A stretch of 64,000 bases of DNA. Source: a virus. Location of the stretch: the IMG/VR virus record IMGVR_UViG_3300017991_000077, positions 33,476 to 97,475 of that record; one strand, written 5' to 3'. The number at the start of each line of letters is the position of its first letter. The first letter of the stretch is position 1. This document shows positions 37,216 through 47,501 of this stretch, one piece after another. The notes beneath the pieces are model-generated. The model ran no database searches, was not told the DNA's origin, and saw nothing but the letters and a program-made list of their open reading frames with translations. A program made the translations under genes and the position numbers.

Positions 37216-38310
37216 ATGCCGGAAGTAAAGAAAGTTTTAGTTGAGAAGTGTGTTGTGAATGACGATTTCAATACTCGAAAAATGGGTCCAGGGGACCTTA
37301 CGGATTTGACGGAATCTATCAAGGTCAAGGGTATCCTTGAGCCGATTCTCGGTAAGGACAAAGGCAAAGGAGGAGAGGTAGAAATTTACGCTGGATTTAG
37401 GCGGTTGGCTGCAGCAAAATTGGCAGGGTTGACTTCGGTTCCTGTGTTGGTACGGCCTCGGAGGTCTGTTACTCGGCAGCAGATGCTTGAGTATAATGTT
37501 GTAGAAAATGTTCACAGAGAGAATTTGAACTCTGTAGACGAAGCGTATGCCTATCAACGTATGCAAGAAGATCATAAGATGGGCGTTCCGGAAATCTGTG
37601 CTTCTATTGGGGTCAAGAAGGCTCGGGTGGAACAACGGATGAGGTTACTTAAGTTGCAGCAGATTGTTCGGGATGCTGTACACGAAGAGAGAATTTCGAT
37701 GGTCTCAGCTTTTGAGATTGACAGGCTTCCCGTTGAAAAGCAGGCAAAGTATGTCAGCGTAGCTGAAGATCTTTCGGGACAACGGTTGGTGGCTATGATT
37801 AATCAGGAGCTCGACAAGCTTCAGAAAAAGGTTCCGGGTACTAAGAAGGATGCTCCGGATGATGGGGAAGGTGATGATAAGCCACCCGTAGCACAGACTG
37901 TGGAGCACGTTCGGGTCATCAAGCAGGCGAGCGCAGTTATCTGTGCGGGTTTAGGATACGACAAAGAGCGCACAGCTGAAGTCAAAAAGGTAGATTTCAG
38001 ACCCTTAGAGGATGACCATTTGACAGTCGTAGCGAGATTCTTCGATGATTGTGCGGATCAAGTAGAAGAGGATATTACTATCAACGAGAAGGCTCAGAGG
38101 GAAGTCATTGAATTTGTTGAAGGAGACCAGGGGGGCAAGTATCTTGATATGGAGGCACCGATAGTGCGCGGAGCCCTTATCTCGGCAATCATGCAACGGG
38201 CGAAAGAAGTTGCATTGGAGAATGCGGCGGGAAAGGATATTCGTCCCAAGATTACTTATGCTCTAATTAAAGGCATTCTCGATGAGTTCTTTGTTGAGGA
38301 AGAAGAGTAA
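37216..38310 (+). CDS. ParB/Spo0J-family protein
   Basis: 'LTESIKVKGILEPI...AGFRRLAAAK.AGL..VPV...EN.HRENLN.VDEA.AY' plus HTH. Confidence 0.88.
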   Translation: MPEVKKVLVEKCVVNDDFNTRKMGPGDLTDLTESIKVKGILEPILGKDKGKGGEVEIYAGFRRLAAAKLAGLTSVPVLVRPRRSVTRQQMLEYNVVENVHRENLNSVDEAYAYQRMQEDHKMGVPEICASIGVKKARVEQRMRLLKLQQIVRDAVHEERISMVSAFEIDRLPVEKQAKYVSVAEDLSGQRLVAMINQELDKLQKKVPGTKKDAPDDGEGDDKPPVAQTVEHVRVIKQASAVICAGLGYDKERTAEVKKVDFRPLEDDHLTVVARFFDDCADQVEEDITINEKAQREVIEFVEGDQGGKYLDMEAPIVRGALISAIMQRAKEVALENAAGKDIRPKITYALIKGILDEFFVEEEE

Positions 38311-38358
38311 TCTGCCGGGTTCGTATTTTCAGTTCAATAAAAGAAAGGAATTCAAACA

Positions 38359-39537
38359 ATGTTGACGCATTATGGGGAGAAGGATTATGCGGTTGCGGCT
38401 TCGGAGGCGGCTGCACACGCGAAGAACAAGTTATATGGGCTTATCGATGAAGGTCGGTCTTCTGCCCAGTGGCTTGTGAATAAGGTACAGACTGAGGTGC
38501 CAGAAGATCGAGTTATCGCTGCAAGAGATTTTCGGTTTGATGGGATGGTGGATGATAGACCTCCAGGGTTTCCTCATGGTTTATTGTTTCAGTTTGCTGA
38601 GAAGGACCGTACAGGAATAATGGGTACTTCTGTAGAGAAGGATTTTACACTAGAAGACCATGCGTTGTCTCAGATTTGTGGGAGAACTGACGGCAAGAAG
38701 ACGGGGCTTGCGTGGAAGTACGCTCAGTGGCTTCGAGAGCCAGATAGGATAGGCTGGGGTCTACCTCTGTTGGCTAACAATCTAAACGAGATTTATAAGC
38801 ATCAGGGGAACAAGAGGTACCTTGTGAGGAGTTATCACGAGAATGTCAGAGGGTTTCTCAGCGACAGTTATCGAAGGTTGGATTCAAGACCTTTACTCGA
38901 GGCTTTTGCTACGACTGCACAGGAATGTGGAGCTGTTCCTATTCGGGGATATGGGAACAATACCAAGGTAGCGATGAAGGCTCTCTTGCCGTACGTGTTC
39001 GAGCCAGCAGACAACGAGGTCATTGCTTTCGGGGCGATGTGGGAAAACAGTGATTATGGAAAGGGCAAGTTGAAAATATGGGGTTTTATGATGAGATTGT
39101 GGTGCACTAATTACATGATCAGTGAAACAGGATTTTCTCAAGTCCATCTCGGAAAGAAGCTCTCAGACAATATGCTTTTTAGCCAAAAGACTTACGATTT
39201 GGATACTGCTACTTCGGCTTCGGCTATCAAGGATGTAGTAACCCAGGCATTGAGTCCTGATACGACGAACAAGTATTGTGAGGTAATACGGAAAGCACAC
39301 GAGCAGAAGATAGATCCTCGGGTGGCGATTAAGAGGGTATCGACTGCTTTAAATAAAGGAGAAACGGAGTTACTTACGGAAATTTATAACACTGGGGGAG
39401 TTGAGTTATTACCCCCAGGGGATACTGCATGGCGACTTAGTAATGCCTTATCGTGGGTAGCTGGACAAAGTGAGGACCAAGAGCGTAAATTAGATATAAT
39501 GAAAGTTGCAGGAGGAGTGCTTTCTGCGGTAGCATAG
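38359..39537 (+). CDS. DUF932/DUF945-like phage protein
   Basis: 'VRGFLSDSYRRLDS', 'NSDYG', 'RLWCTN', 'HLG', 'WRLSNALS' motifs. Confidence 0.6.
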   Translation: MLTHYGEKDYAVAASEAAAHAKNKLYGLIDEGRSSAQWLVNKVQTEVPEDRVIAARDFRFDGMVDDRPPGFPHGLLFQFAEKDRTGIMGTSVEKDFTLEDHALSQICGRTDGKKTGLAWKYAQWLREPDRIGWGLPLLANNLNEIYKHQGNKRYLVRSYHENVRGFLSDSYRRLDSRPLLEAFATTAQECGAVPIRGYGNNTKVAMKALLPYVFEPADNEVIAFGAMWENSDYGKGKLKIWGFMMRLWCTNYMISETGFSQVHLGKKLSDNMLFSQKTYDLDTATSASAIKDVVTQALSPDTTNKYCEVIRKAHEQKIDPRVAIKRVSTALNKGETELLTEIYNTGGVELLPPGDTAWRLSNALSWVAGQSEDQERKLDIMKVAGGVLSAVA

Positions 39538-39553
39538 CTTTAAGGAGTTTTAG

Positions 39554-39691
39554 ATGATAAGGTCAACCAAAGGTGGTTTTGTAATATTTTCTGAAGATGG
39601 CTCCAAGAAATTAAGTAAAGTCTATAAAACCAGAGAAGAGGCAGAGAAGCGACTAAAACAGATAGAGTATTTCAAGCGTAAAAAGAAGTAA
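39554..39691 (+). CDS. 45-aa basic protein (not in the ORF track)
   Basis: AAGGAG RBS; MIRSTKGGFVIFSEDGSKKLSKVYKTREEAEKRLKQIEYFKRKKK. Confidence 0.65.
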   Translation: MIRSTKGGFVIFSEDGSKKLSKVYKTREEAEKRLKQIEYFKRKKK

Positions 39692-39730
39692 TAGTTCAGT
39701 TATCGCAGTAAGACATACTAGGAGATATGG

Positions 39731-40648
39731 ATGACGTTACAGGATTTAATACGAAGCGTTCACGGACCCGGAGAATTAATCCCCGCACTAGACCTATTTC
39801 TTGCAAAGCGAGAAGGCGATTATAGAGCATCTGGATGGCATCCGTCAGATTTTTGTGGGATATGTGTTCGAAAGAGAGTGCTTCATAGTTTGATACAAAT
39901 GCCGAGTAAATGGGGAGAACCAGATCCCGGAAGACAGCGGATATTTGATTTAGGTTCAGCACTTCATGCCCTTTATCAGAACGAATATTTTGGCGATATG
40001 GGTATTCTTTGGGGGAAATGGAAGAACCTTATTACTCAGGAGATAGTTTGGGGATTCAAACCAGAGTTGGGAAGTCGTCTTTGGGAATATCTAGAAGTAC
40101 CTATTGTAGCACCCTTGATAGGATATAAGCCGTCAAAGCATGGGAAGTTGGCTGCTCCTTCGGGTAAACTTCGAATTGTGGGACACACTGACGGGCTCGT
40201 GAAAATCGATAATATCTGGGCGATACTGGAGATGAAGTCCATAAATGAAAGAGGGTTCGGCTATCTTAGTGCTCCGGTTTACAATGCAGATCTTCAGGGA
40301 CAGATTTATGGAGAGCTTATTCGAGACGGACATGTTCCCGTTCCGAAGGGGGTGAATGTTCCTAGACCTACCAAGTTAATAGTGTTCTATATTGGGAAAA
40401 ATAATTCTAAAGAAAAAGAGTTTTGGCAGGATCTTGACAAAGATGTAGCTGATGAGCAGTTGCAGAAACCTCTTCAGTATGAATTGGCGATGACACGACG
40501 AGAGCTTCCTCCTCGAGAGGCAGAATGTACAAATATGTTGAAGCCTCCGGCAAAGAAGTGTGATGTAGGTTCACATTGTTTCGGAAGTCTTTCTTGGGGT
40601 GAGTTGGAACGTTTTGGAAGGAATGCTGACAGTAAAGTTTCATGGTGA
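39731..40648 (+). CDS. Cas4-like PD-(D/E)xK exonuclease
   Basis: HPS..C..C.R; G..LH; GHTDG; LEMKS; Q..IY; three C-terminal Cys (Fe-S staple pattern). Confidence 0.75.
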   Translation: MTLQDLIRSVHGPGELIPALDLFLAKREGDYRASGWHPSDFCGICVRKRVLHSLIQMPSKWGEPDPGRQRIFDLGSALHALYQNEYFGDMGILWGKWKNLITQEIVWGFKPELGSRLWEYLEVPIVAPLIGYKPSKHGKLAAPSGKLRIVGHTDGLVKIDNIWAILEMKSINERGFGYLSAPVYNADLQGQIYGELIRDGHVPVPKGVNVPRPTKLIVFYIGKNNSKEKEFWQDLDKDVADEQLQKPLQYELAMTRRELPPREAECTNMLKPPAKKCDVGSHCFGSLSWGELERFGRNADSKVSW

Positions 40649-40651
40649 AAT

Positions 40652-41146
40652 ATGGAAGACAGTCAAACGGTTATAAAGGCTAGAAAAAAGATAGAAAAAC
40701 TTGGACTCCCTGTTCCCGACAAACCAGCAGGAGGATCGGCGGATCTAGAATGGCCGGCCAATGTCGGAGATCTTTCTGTAGATGAACTTGCTGAGCATAT
40801 GTCTTGGTGGACAGGTTGGGCTTCTTATGCCAGGCAGCATTTAGCAGAAGCAGATACGAATGCAGCCGCATACAAGGAGCAGTACAGTACTTCAATGAGT
40901 GAGGCAGTGTTTAAAAGCGAAGGTGATTACGGCACTGTTACTGAGATGAAGGCGGCTATTGCACAAAGACCTGATTTGCAGAAGATACAGGCCCGCGTGT
41001 TAGAAGCCAGCGGAATACGAGATATGGTGAAGGCTCTGTTGGCGGGATACGAAGAAAAGCGGGCCACTATCAGCCGAGAAATCACCCGTAGAGGTTTGGA
41101 GTGGGGAGAGCAGACTTCTGAGGGGAAGGACCGGTTTAGGGCATGA
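40652..41146 (+). CDS. Helical protein, possibly a UvsY-like recombination mediator
   Basis: Coiled-coil ending 'ISREITRR'; recombination context. Confidence 0.4.
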   Translation: MEDSQTVIKARKKIEKLGLPVPDKPAGGSADLEWPANVGDLSVDELAEHMSWWTGWASYARQHLAEADTNAAAYKEQYSTSMSEAVFKSEGDYGTVTEMKAAIAQRPDLQKIQARVLEASGIRDMVKALLAGYEEKRATISREITRRGLEWGEQTSEGKDRFRA

Positions 41147-41700
41147 AAATCTTGGGGATAGACCCTGGGCAGACTAAGAGCGGAGTGGTCATTCTGGATA
41201 CTGAAAAGCAAAAGGTTCTCTATTCAAAGCACTTAGATAATCACGAGATATTTGCATCTTTGGGTGGAAGCCTCGTGTGGTCTAAGACTGGTGGGATTGA
41301 GGGGTTGGGTGATAGTGCTTGGGAAGCTGTGGCTATCGAGGATATTCAGCCACAGGGTTATGCGGTAGGAAATACGACTTTTGACACTCTTCGATGGGTT
41401 GGTAGGTTTGAGGGAAGGTGTTGGGTATCTCATACCACTGTGAGGCTTATTGGCAGAGGTGATGAGAAGATAGTATTATGTGGGTGCAAAACGTTTATTG
41501 ATCCCAAGACGAATAAGCGTCAGGGGATAAAGGACGCACAGATTAGACAGGCAATCATAGATATGTTTCCAGCTACCGGAGGGGGTAAGAGGCCCGTGAT
41601 CGGTACCAAGAAGCAACCCGGACCTCTTTACGGGGTATCTGGTCATTGTTGGTCTGCATTGTCTGTGGCTATTACATATTGGAAAACCCAGGAGGAGTGA
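41143..41700 (+). CDS. RuvC-like (RNase H fold) resolvase
   Basis: 'ILGIDPG..SG', 'VAIE', 'WSALSVA'. Confidence 0.75.
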   Translation: MKILGIDPGQTKSGVVILDTEKQKVLYSKHLDNHEIFASLGGSLVWSKTGGIEGLGDSAWEAVAIEDIQPQGYAVGNTTFDTLRWVGRFEGRCWVSHTTVRLIGRGDEKIVLCGCKTFIDPKTNKRQGIKDAQIRQAIIDMFPATGGGKRPVIGTKKQPGPLYGVSGHCWSALSVAITYWKTQEE

Positions 41701-42006
41701 ATGAAAACCGCAGTTGAGACGGAGACAGAGTATCCTGATAAGACGGAATTAAGGGTGGCGGGTGGATCGGCTGCGGCGAAAGTAGCAGGAGCACTTGTAA
41801 AGAACATGCAAGAAGGAAAGAGGGTGCAGCTCCTAGCAATGGGGGCAGGGGCTGTTAATCAGGCGGTCAAGGCTATTTGTATTGCTCGGGGAATGGTAGC
41901 GCCTTACGGATGGAATCTGAATTGTATCCCTGGGTTTGTGGATGAGTATGTGAATGGTCAACATAGAACCGCAATAAAGCTCTACGTGCAGAAGGAGACG
42001 GTGTAG
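41701..42006 (+). CDS. spoVS: SpoVS-family (Alba-like) nucleic-acid-binding protein
   Basis: 'LRVA..S...VAGAL...AMGAGAVNQAVKAI.IARG...CIPGF.D...RTAIKL'. Confidence 0.9.
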   Translation: MKTAVETETEYPDKTELRVAGGSAAAKVAGALVKNMQEGKRVQLLAMGAGAVNQAVKAICIARGMVAPYGWNLNCIPGFVDEYVNGQHRTAIKLYVQKETV

Positions 42007-42008
42007 GG

Positions 42009-42494
42009 ATGACGTTCGAGGTTTCAAAACGATTTGAATTCGATGCGGCTCATAGATTGATGGAACATCCAGGAAAATGCAAAAATATCCACGGACATCG
42101 ATATGTGGCTGAAGTGGTAATACAGCATAATACGTCTGTAGTAGGTGAGATGGCTTCGGGTATGGTTATTGATTTTGGAGTTCTTAAAGAAGTTGTCGGT
42201 TCTTGGATAGATAAGGCATGGGATCATTGTCTTATTCTTAACGATAGAGATCCTTTGGTGTCGTTATTGTTGACTAGCCAACTTGGTGAAGACATCCCAA
42301 ATATGTTTCTTACAGTAGGAGATCCTACAGCAGAAAACATGGCTGAAATTTTGTATCGTAAAGCTAGAGATCTTTTGTATTTGTCAGGTCCGCTTGATGT
42401 GGCGTCAACACTTTCTCCAAAGGAGACGAAGATTGTGACTGCTCGAATTTGGGAGACGCCTACGAGCGTGGCGGAATATCGAGAAGAGCGATGA
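42009..42494 (+). CDS. queD: 6-carboxy-5,6,7,8-tetrahydropterin synthase
   Basis: 'FDAAHRL...KC.NIHGHRY', 'GMVIDFG.LK', 'WDH', 'PTAENMA', 'ETP'. Confidence 0.93.
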   Translation: MTFEVSKRFEFDAAHRLMEHPGKCKNIHGHRYVAEVVIQHNTSVVGEMASGMVIDFGVLKEVVGSWIDKAWDHCLILNDRDPLVSLLLTSQLGEDIPNMFLTVGDPTAENMAEILYRKARDLLYLSGPLDVASTLSPKETKIVTARIWETPTSVAEYREER

Positions 42495-43159
42495 CCTACA
42501 AGATAAACGAGGTCTTCTTTAGTATTCAGGGAGAAGGGGAATCTCTCGGGTTTCCCGCAGTCTTTATTAGGTTTTCTGGATGTAATTTGAAGTGTTCTTT
42601 TTGTGATACTTCTCACGAGTTTCACGAGGTACTAACAGCGAAGCAAATTGCACGAAGAGTACGAAGTGCCTTGGCAGAGAAGCTGTGGCCGCAGTCTTTG
42701 GATCATATTCCTTTGCGATGCGTCTTCACCGGAGGCGAGCCTTTGATGCAGCTCAGTAATGAGATCGCAGATGAGATAAAAACCTTGGGATTTTCCTTGT
42801 GTATCGAGACTAACGGAACGATAGTTCCTGACGATTTTGATTGGGGTCTGTATGACGAAGTTGTAGTAAGTCCGAAGAGTCCAAACGGAGTATCAGATAA
42901 AATACTCGAGAGAGCCACTTGCCTTAAAGTGGTAGTTCCTTTGATGCAGTCTCGGTCTGTGGTGAAATACATGTCGGCCAATGGACCTCGGTTGAGGTCA
43001 AGGGTTCTTCAGCCGATACTCCCACGAGAAGGATTCCACAGTTGGAAATGGACGGACAATTGTTTAGACGCTAAGCATCTAGCTATGGCATGGTTACGTG
43101 ATCGACAAGAAGAGTGGAGAGTGATTCCCCAGGCACATGCCTCGATGGGACTAAAATAA
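42491..43159 (+). CDS. queE: 7-carboxy-7-deazaguanine synthase (radical SAM)
   Basis: 'EVFFSIQGEG...FIRFSGCNLKCSFCDT', TGGEP, IETNG, VSPK, PQ.H. Confidence 0.93.
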   Translation: MTYKINEVFFSIQGEGESLGFPAVFIRFSGCNLKCSFCDTSHEFHEVLTAKQIARRVRSALAEKLWPQSLDHIPLRCVFTGGEPLMQLSNEIADEIKTLGFSLCIETNGTIVPDDFDWGLYDEVVVSPKSPNGVSDKILERATCLKVVVPLMQSRSVVKYMSANGPRLRSRVLQPILPREGFHSWKWTDNCLDAKHLAMAWLRDRQEEWRVIPQAHASMGLK

Positions 43160-43169
43160 AGGAGATATT

Positions 43170-43562
43170 GTGGACGAGAAAAAAGAATACAGAGAAGGAC
43201 ACGACCCAGATCCAAAGGGGCCAAGTGAGGAAGTAGGTGCAGCCGAAGATAGCCACAAGGATGTCGTTTCTGAGAAGCCCCGGATAGTGACTGCATTTTT
43301 GATAGTCAAAACTATAGACGGAATTGAGCTGGTAACCGATTTACCCGACTTGAACATGGATCACTCTGTGAGTCTTCCAGAACTTCGGGACCTTACTTAC
43401 AGTGTTTCAATGGATACTCAGGCAATTTTGGTAGCTCGTAGAGCTTCTACTATGTGCATGACCTCTATGAGGGACCCTGCATCGAAGAGGGCAAGAGACG
43501 CTTCTGTAATTCAGCCCGTAGGTAAGCCAACGCTTGTTGGGCCAAATGGAGTTCCAAGATGA
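43170..43562 (+). CDS. Hypothetical protein
   Basis: AAGGAG RBS; lies within the que cluster. Confidence 0.55.
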   Translation: MDEKKEYREGHDPDPKGPSEEVGAAEDSHKDVVSEKPRIVTAFLIVKTIDGIELVTDLPDLNMDHSVSLPELRDLTYSVSMDTQAILVARRASTMCMTSMRDPASKRARDASVIQPVGKPTLVGPNGVPR

Positions 43563-44122
43563 CAGAACAAGATGCTCAGGCTGTAGCTACTATTTCTGAG
43601 GCTGTGTCTAAAATACTTCCGGCGTTGGGAGAAGATGGAAACAGAGAGGGCTTGAAAGATACTCCTGAGCGAGTAGCGAGAATGTTTCTAGAAATGACGA
43701 CAGGTCTCAGAGAACCCGCACCCAAGATAACGACGTTTGACCGCGGAAATAATGACCAGATGATTACAGTATTGGACCTTACCTATTTTTCAAATTGTGA
43801 GCATCATCTTGTACCTTTTTTTGGAAAGGTACATATCGGCTATATTCCCAGGGATCGTATTGCGGGGTTGTCGAAATTTGGTCGAGTAGTGGATTGGTTT
43901 GCGAAGAGGCCGCAGATACAGGAGCGTCTCACTGCTCAAATAGCGGACCATATTATTGACCAGATAGCTCCTTTAGGCGTTATCGTTGTGGTAGAAGGAA
44001 TGCATATGTGCATGGCGATGCGGGGAGTCAAAAAGCCTAATCATATGACGATTACAAGTGCCATTCGTGGAACCATTCCAAAGAACGAATTTTTTGACCT
44101 TTTGAAACTCCAAAGAGGGTAG
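43559..44122 (+). CDS. folE: GTP cyclohydrolase I
   Basis: REGL.DTPERVA; CEHH; GLSK; QERLT; H.CM..RG. Confidence 0.96.
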   Translation: MTEQDAQAVATISEAVSKILPALGEDGNREGLKDTPERVARMFLEMTTGLREPAPKITTFDRGNNDQMITVLDLTYFSNCEHHLVPFFGKVHIGYIPRDRIAGLSKFGRVVDWFAKRPQIQERLTAQIADHIIDQIAPLGVIVVVEGMHMCMAMRGVKKPNHMTITSAIRGTIPKNEFFDLLKLQRG

Positions 44123-44124
44123 TT

Positions 44125-44553
44125 ATGGGAACGATAGTTTTTGACCTCGATGGCGTTATTGCCACCGGGACGAAGGAAGAGATTTATTCTGACGAGGCGG
44201 GATGGGCCTATGAGAAATGTGAAGTTGTAGAGTCTTCAAGATTGTTGGTTAGTCTTTTGTTTCTGAAAAATCATACGATCATAATCAATACAGCTAGGCC
44301 GGAGGTTGACCGCGAGAAAACTATCGCCTGGTTAGACCAAAACGCCATACCTTTTTCTAGACTCTATATGAATAAGCCCCGAGGTGAGATCTATATTGAT
44401 GATCGCAATTACCCAAAAGCGTTTTTTCCAGGAGATGAGGCTACCGCTCTTGAAGTCGCGGCGGACATAGATAAAACGGTAAAAAGACGATTGGATAGAT
44501 GGGAGCAGGGAGGAAAAGACCCCTTCCACAGAAAGGTAACTAATCCCCAATGA
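44125..44553 (+). CDS. HAD-superfamily phosphatase
   Basis: FDLDG; TAR; KP; YIDDR. Confidence 0.85.
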   Translation: MGTIVFDLDGVIATGTKEEIYSDEAGWAYEKCEVVESSRLLVSLLFLKNHTIIINTARPEVDREKTIAWLDQNAIPFSRLYMNKPRGEIYIDDRNYPKAFFPGDEATALEVAADIDKTVKRRLDRWEQGGKDPFHRKVTNPQ

Positions 44554-45254
44554 AAAAACAGGTAGTATTGTATAGTGGAGGCCCGGATTCTTACATAACT
44601 TATCGATACGTTAAGGGTGTTCATAATGCCGAACGTCGTGGGGAAATCATTCCTCAGTATTTTGATCTAGGTCACAGGTATGCAACGTCAGAGTTGGTAG
44701 CGGTTGCTAGGACCGTACCTGAGACTCGGGTGGATCGCAGTTTGATTGGGTTAGGTGAGCTTGAGCAACCGGATGGATATATTTGGAATCGCAATGCGTT
44801 TTTGGTGTTAATGGCCGCAAAGAATTTTGATGGAGATGGGGGACGTATTTATCTCTCAGTACAGCGGGACGAGCAAAGTATTCCAGATAGAACCGACAAG
44901 TTTATGCGCCAGTTACCTTATCTTTTAGATACACTAGGTCAGTCTAATATCGAAGTAGTAACGCCCTGGGCAATTTCTGATAAGACTGATATGGTTGAGT
45001 GGTATCTTGAGAGATTCAATCCAGAAAAATTGATGATGACTACTTCGTGTTATCAGAGAACAGAAGGTTTGCCTTGCGGGAATTGTCCGGCATGTATTCG
45101 TCGATATATTGCTTTTTCTCTAAACGGGCTTGTTGAAAAGTATGCGCAAGACCCCGTAAGAAGTGAGATGGCTCGACAGTATCGTCTTCGGGCAGATGCC
45201 GGGGAGTATAGTGAAAAACGAACACAGCGGATATGGGCTGCTTTGGGGGTGTAA
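44550..45254 (+). CDS. queC: 7-cyano-7-deazaguanine (preQ0) synthase-like
   Basis: SGGPDS PP-loop; RN; SCY...CGNCPAC Zn site. Confidence 0.88.
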   Translation: MKKQVVLYSGGPDSYITYRYVKGVHNAERRGEIIPQYFDLGHRYATSELVAVARTVPETRVDRSLIGLGELEQPDGYIWNRNAFLVLMAAKNFDGDGGRIYLSVQRDEQSIPDRTDKFMRQLPYLLDTLGQSNIEVVTPWAISDKTDMVEWYLERFNPEKLMMTTSCYQRTEGLPCGNCPACIRRYIAFSLNGLVEKYAQDPVRSEMARQYRLRADAGEYSEKRTQRIWAALGV

Positions 45255-45255
45255 C

Positions 45256-45480
45256 ATGGCAAAGTGCAAGAGTTGTGGGGCATCTATTATCTGGTCTAAA
45301 ACAGTGAAGGGAAAAGCAGTTCCTTTAGATGTTGAGCCAACGAAACGGTATGTTTTGTGTTCAGACCCCTTTGCAGCTCCAGGAGAGGAATCACGGGTAG
45401 AACTTCGCACTTGTTATCGGTCTCACTTTGTTACATGTCCACATGCCGATAAGCACAGAAAGGGAAAGAAGGATGGTTGA
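45256..45480 (+). CDS. Small Zn-finger protein
   Basis: CKSCG.I.W....GK.VPLD...SHF.TCP.A. Confidence 0.65.
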   Translation: MAKCKSCGASIIWSKTVKGKAVPLDVEPTKRYVLCSDPFAAPGEESRVELRTCYRSHFVTCPHADKHRKGKKDG

Positions 45481-46624
45481 TAACCAAGAAGGAACATTTG
45501 AAAAACGGTGGGATAAGTCCTTTGAAAAAATGCAGGTTTTAAAAGCGGAATGGATGATCACTCGGAAGTGCAATCTCAAGTGTTCATATTGTAAAATACG
45601 GGATAGCCGCACTCTGAAGGCTCCAGAGCTTTCAACTGAAGCATTGGTCAAGATAGTTCAGTTGTTTAGTCGAAATTGGCCGGGAGCACCTATGGTGGTG
45701 TACGGAGGGGAGCCTACTGAGCGGGATGATTTACCGGAGTTGCTGAGGGCAGGCCGGTTATATCGAGTGAAGTTGCCTGTCATTTCTAATTCGATTCGGG
45801 TAGTTGAAGATTCGGGTTATGCTCGGTTGCTCGTAGAATCGGGATTGGAAAATTGGTCAGTCTCTCTTGATGGTCTTGCTTATATGAATTCAGCTCTTGA
45901 TATGTCGGGACGAAAGAAATCGTTGTACGGATTGATGGCGCTCAGATTGTTCAGGGATATTTATGGTCTTCGAGACTTGGTGGCGTGTGTCACAGTGAAT
46001 CGAAAAAATATTCGGTATTTGCCCGATATACTTCGAGCGCTAACCTCCGAAGGAATTCATAGTATCTTTACTCCGTTGCATATTGGCGGTCCCGGATATG
46101 AGTATGCTCAGGGCAATGTAGAGGATCTTCCTCTACAAGAGGATCTCGACGAGATTTCTCCTCTAATGTACGAGATGGTGAAATCGGGAAGGTTCTTGTG
46201 TTCTAACGATGCAGCCTGGTTCAACGTTTGGCCGAAACACTTCCGTAAGCAGGATTGGATGTGTAACGATAAAGGGCTTTTAACCATAGATGCAGACGGC
46301 AGCCTAAAATACTGCGTTGATATTCCTTTTAGAGAAGAAGACCGAATGAATGTATTCGAGCTTAATACGGAGACAGGCCAGAAGAAGTTTTTGGATATTA
46401 TCCAGAAAGGGCCTCCTTGTAAGGGGTGTCTGTGGAATCCTGCATACGAGTGTATCAAGAGAGCACGGGACCCACACATCGGTATTGAGAGCGGGAGAGA
46501 GCGGTCCAGGCATTATGTGGCAGAGGAAAGGCTTGAGTTGTTGCATGGAGGAGCTGGGAGATATTTTGAAGGGAATCCGGAATTGAAGCGTGTTCCTCTT
46601 GGAGGGAAGCATGAATCCGATTGA
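45473..46624 (+). CDS. Radical SAM enzyme with Twitch/SPASM-like Cys domain
   Basis: CNLKCSYC; GGEPT; SLDG; C...IDADG...C...CKGC. Confidence 0.88.
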   Translation: MVDNQEGTFEKRWDKSFEKMQVLKAEWMITRKCNLKCSYCKIRDSRTLKAPELSTEALVKIVQLFSRNWPGAPMVVYGGEPTERDDLPELLRAGRLYRVKLPVISNSIRVVEDSGYARLLVESGLENWSVSLDGLAYMNSALDMSGRKKSLYGLMALRLFRDIYGLRDLVACVTVNRKNIRYLPDILRALTSEGIHSIFTPLHIGGPGYEYAQGNVEDLPLQEDLDEISPLMYEMVKSGRFLCSNDAAWFNVWPKHFRKQDWMCNDKGLLTIDADGSLKYCVDIPFREEDRMNVFELNTETGQKKFLDIIQKGPPCKGCLWNPAYECIKRARDPHIGIESGRERSRHYVAEERLELLHGGAGRYFEGNPELKRVPLGGKHESD

Positions 46625-47501
46625 CCGAGTAACAGTGGCCATTCCCACTAGGGATAGGCCGGAGTATCTATCAATTCTATTGAGTTCTCTGATACCTCAA
46701 GCGAAGTATATTTCAGAAATTATTATTCTTTCAAATGGTCCAACAGAGAATCAGACTGAGGTTCCGATTGTTACTCGATTTACAGATACCCTAAAAGCTA
46801 TGGATCTCAGCGTGCGTTCGATTTATTTGGGAGAGATTGGGAGAAGTGCCGCAACTGCATACAATCGGGCGATGTTGGAATGCCAGTCCCAGGTATTGCT
46901 CTGTTTAGATGACGATACTTGGGTTGAGCCGAATTGCTTGGGGTGGCTAATCGAGTCTTTCAATTTTTTAGAAACTCAGGGTTCCGAGCCGGTAGTATTG
47001 AGCCCGGTCAGTCCGTGGATGGATCGAGCGTGGGAGGGGATTGGACCAGAGGTCATTAACTATTCGTTTGACGAAGATACTCGGATGGTGGAATTGATTC
47101 CGCATCATGAGCCTTTGGACGGAAATGCACACGAGACTTTTAGTCGTCTAGTACGATTTAATTCTCAGTTTGATGTGGATAGTTCTCAGCCACAAATTCA
47201 CCCTTCAGATGCTATAAGTCCTCTTGCGTTTATGCTTCGACCAAATTTGGGGGCTCCTTGGAGTGATGTTGGGCATCCTTGTACGTTTTCGGATTTAGCT
47301 TGGAGTATTCAGCTCCAGTTATTCCATGGGTATAAATTGTTTTTTGATATTCGATGTGATGTTTGGCACGTGAATGCTAGTCACGGCGGACTTCGAAAGA
47401 GTGAGGGAGATTACTCCAAACGAAGTGAAGGATACCTGGCTCAACTTCGAAGAGTTGGGAGTCTTCTTTCGTCATTAAAGTTGAGAAAAGAGCAGTCATG
47501 A
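46611..47501 (+). CDS. Glycosyltransferase, GT-A fold (GT2-like)
   Basis: 'VAIPTRDRPE.L', 'LCLDDD'. Confidence 0.8.
   Translation: MNPIDRVTVAIPTRDRPEYLSILLSSLIPQAKYISEIIILSNGPTENQTEVPIVTRFTDTLKAMDLSVRSIYLGEIGRSAATAYNRAMLECQSQVLLCLDDDTWVEPNCLGWLIESFNFLETQGSEPVVLSPVSPWMDRAWEGIGPEVINYSFDEDTRMVELIPHHEPLDGNAHETFSRLVRFNSQFDVDSSQPQIHPSDAISPLAFMLRPNLGAPWSDVGHPCTFSDLAWSIQLQLFHGYKLFFDIRCDVWHVNASHGGLRKSEGDYSKRSEGYLAQLRRVGSLLSSLKLRKEQS

Noticed and set aside
39731-40648. Cas4-like nuclease as the adaptation module of the RAMP array
   Set aside because: It is about 19 kb away among recombination genes; stand-alone Cas4-like exonucleases are common in phages; no Cas1/Cas2 is present.
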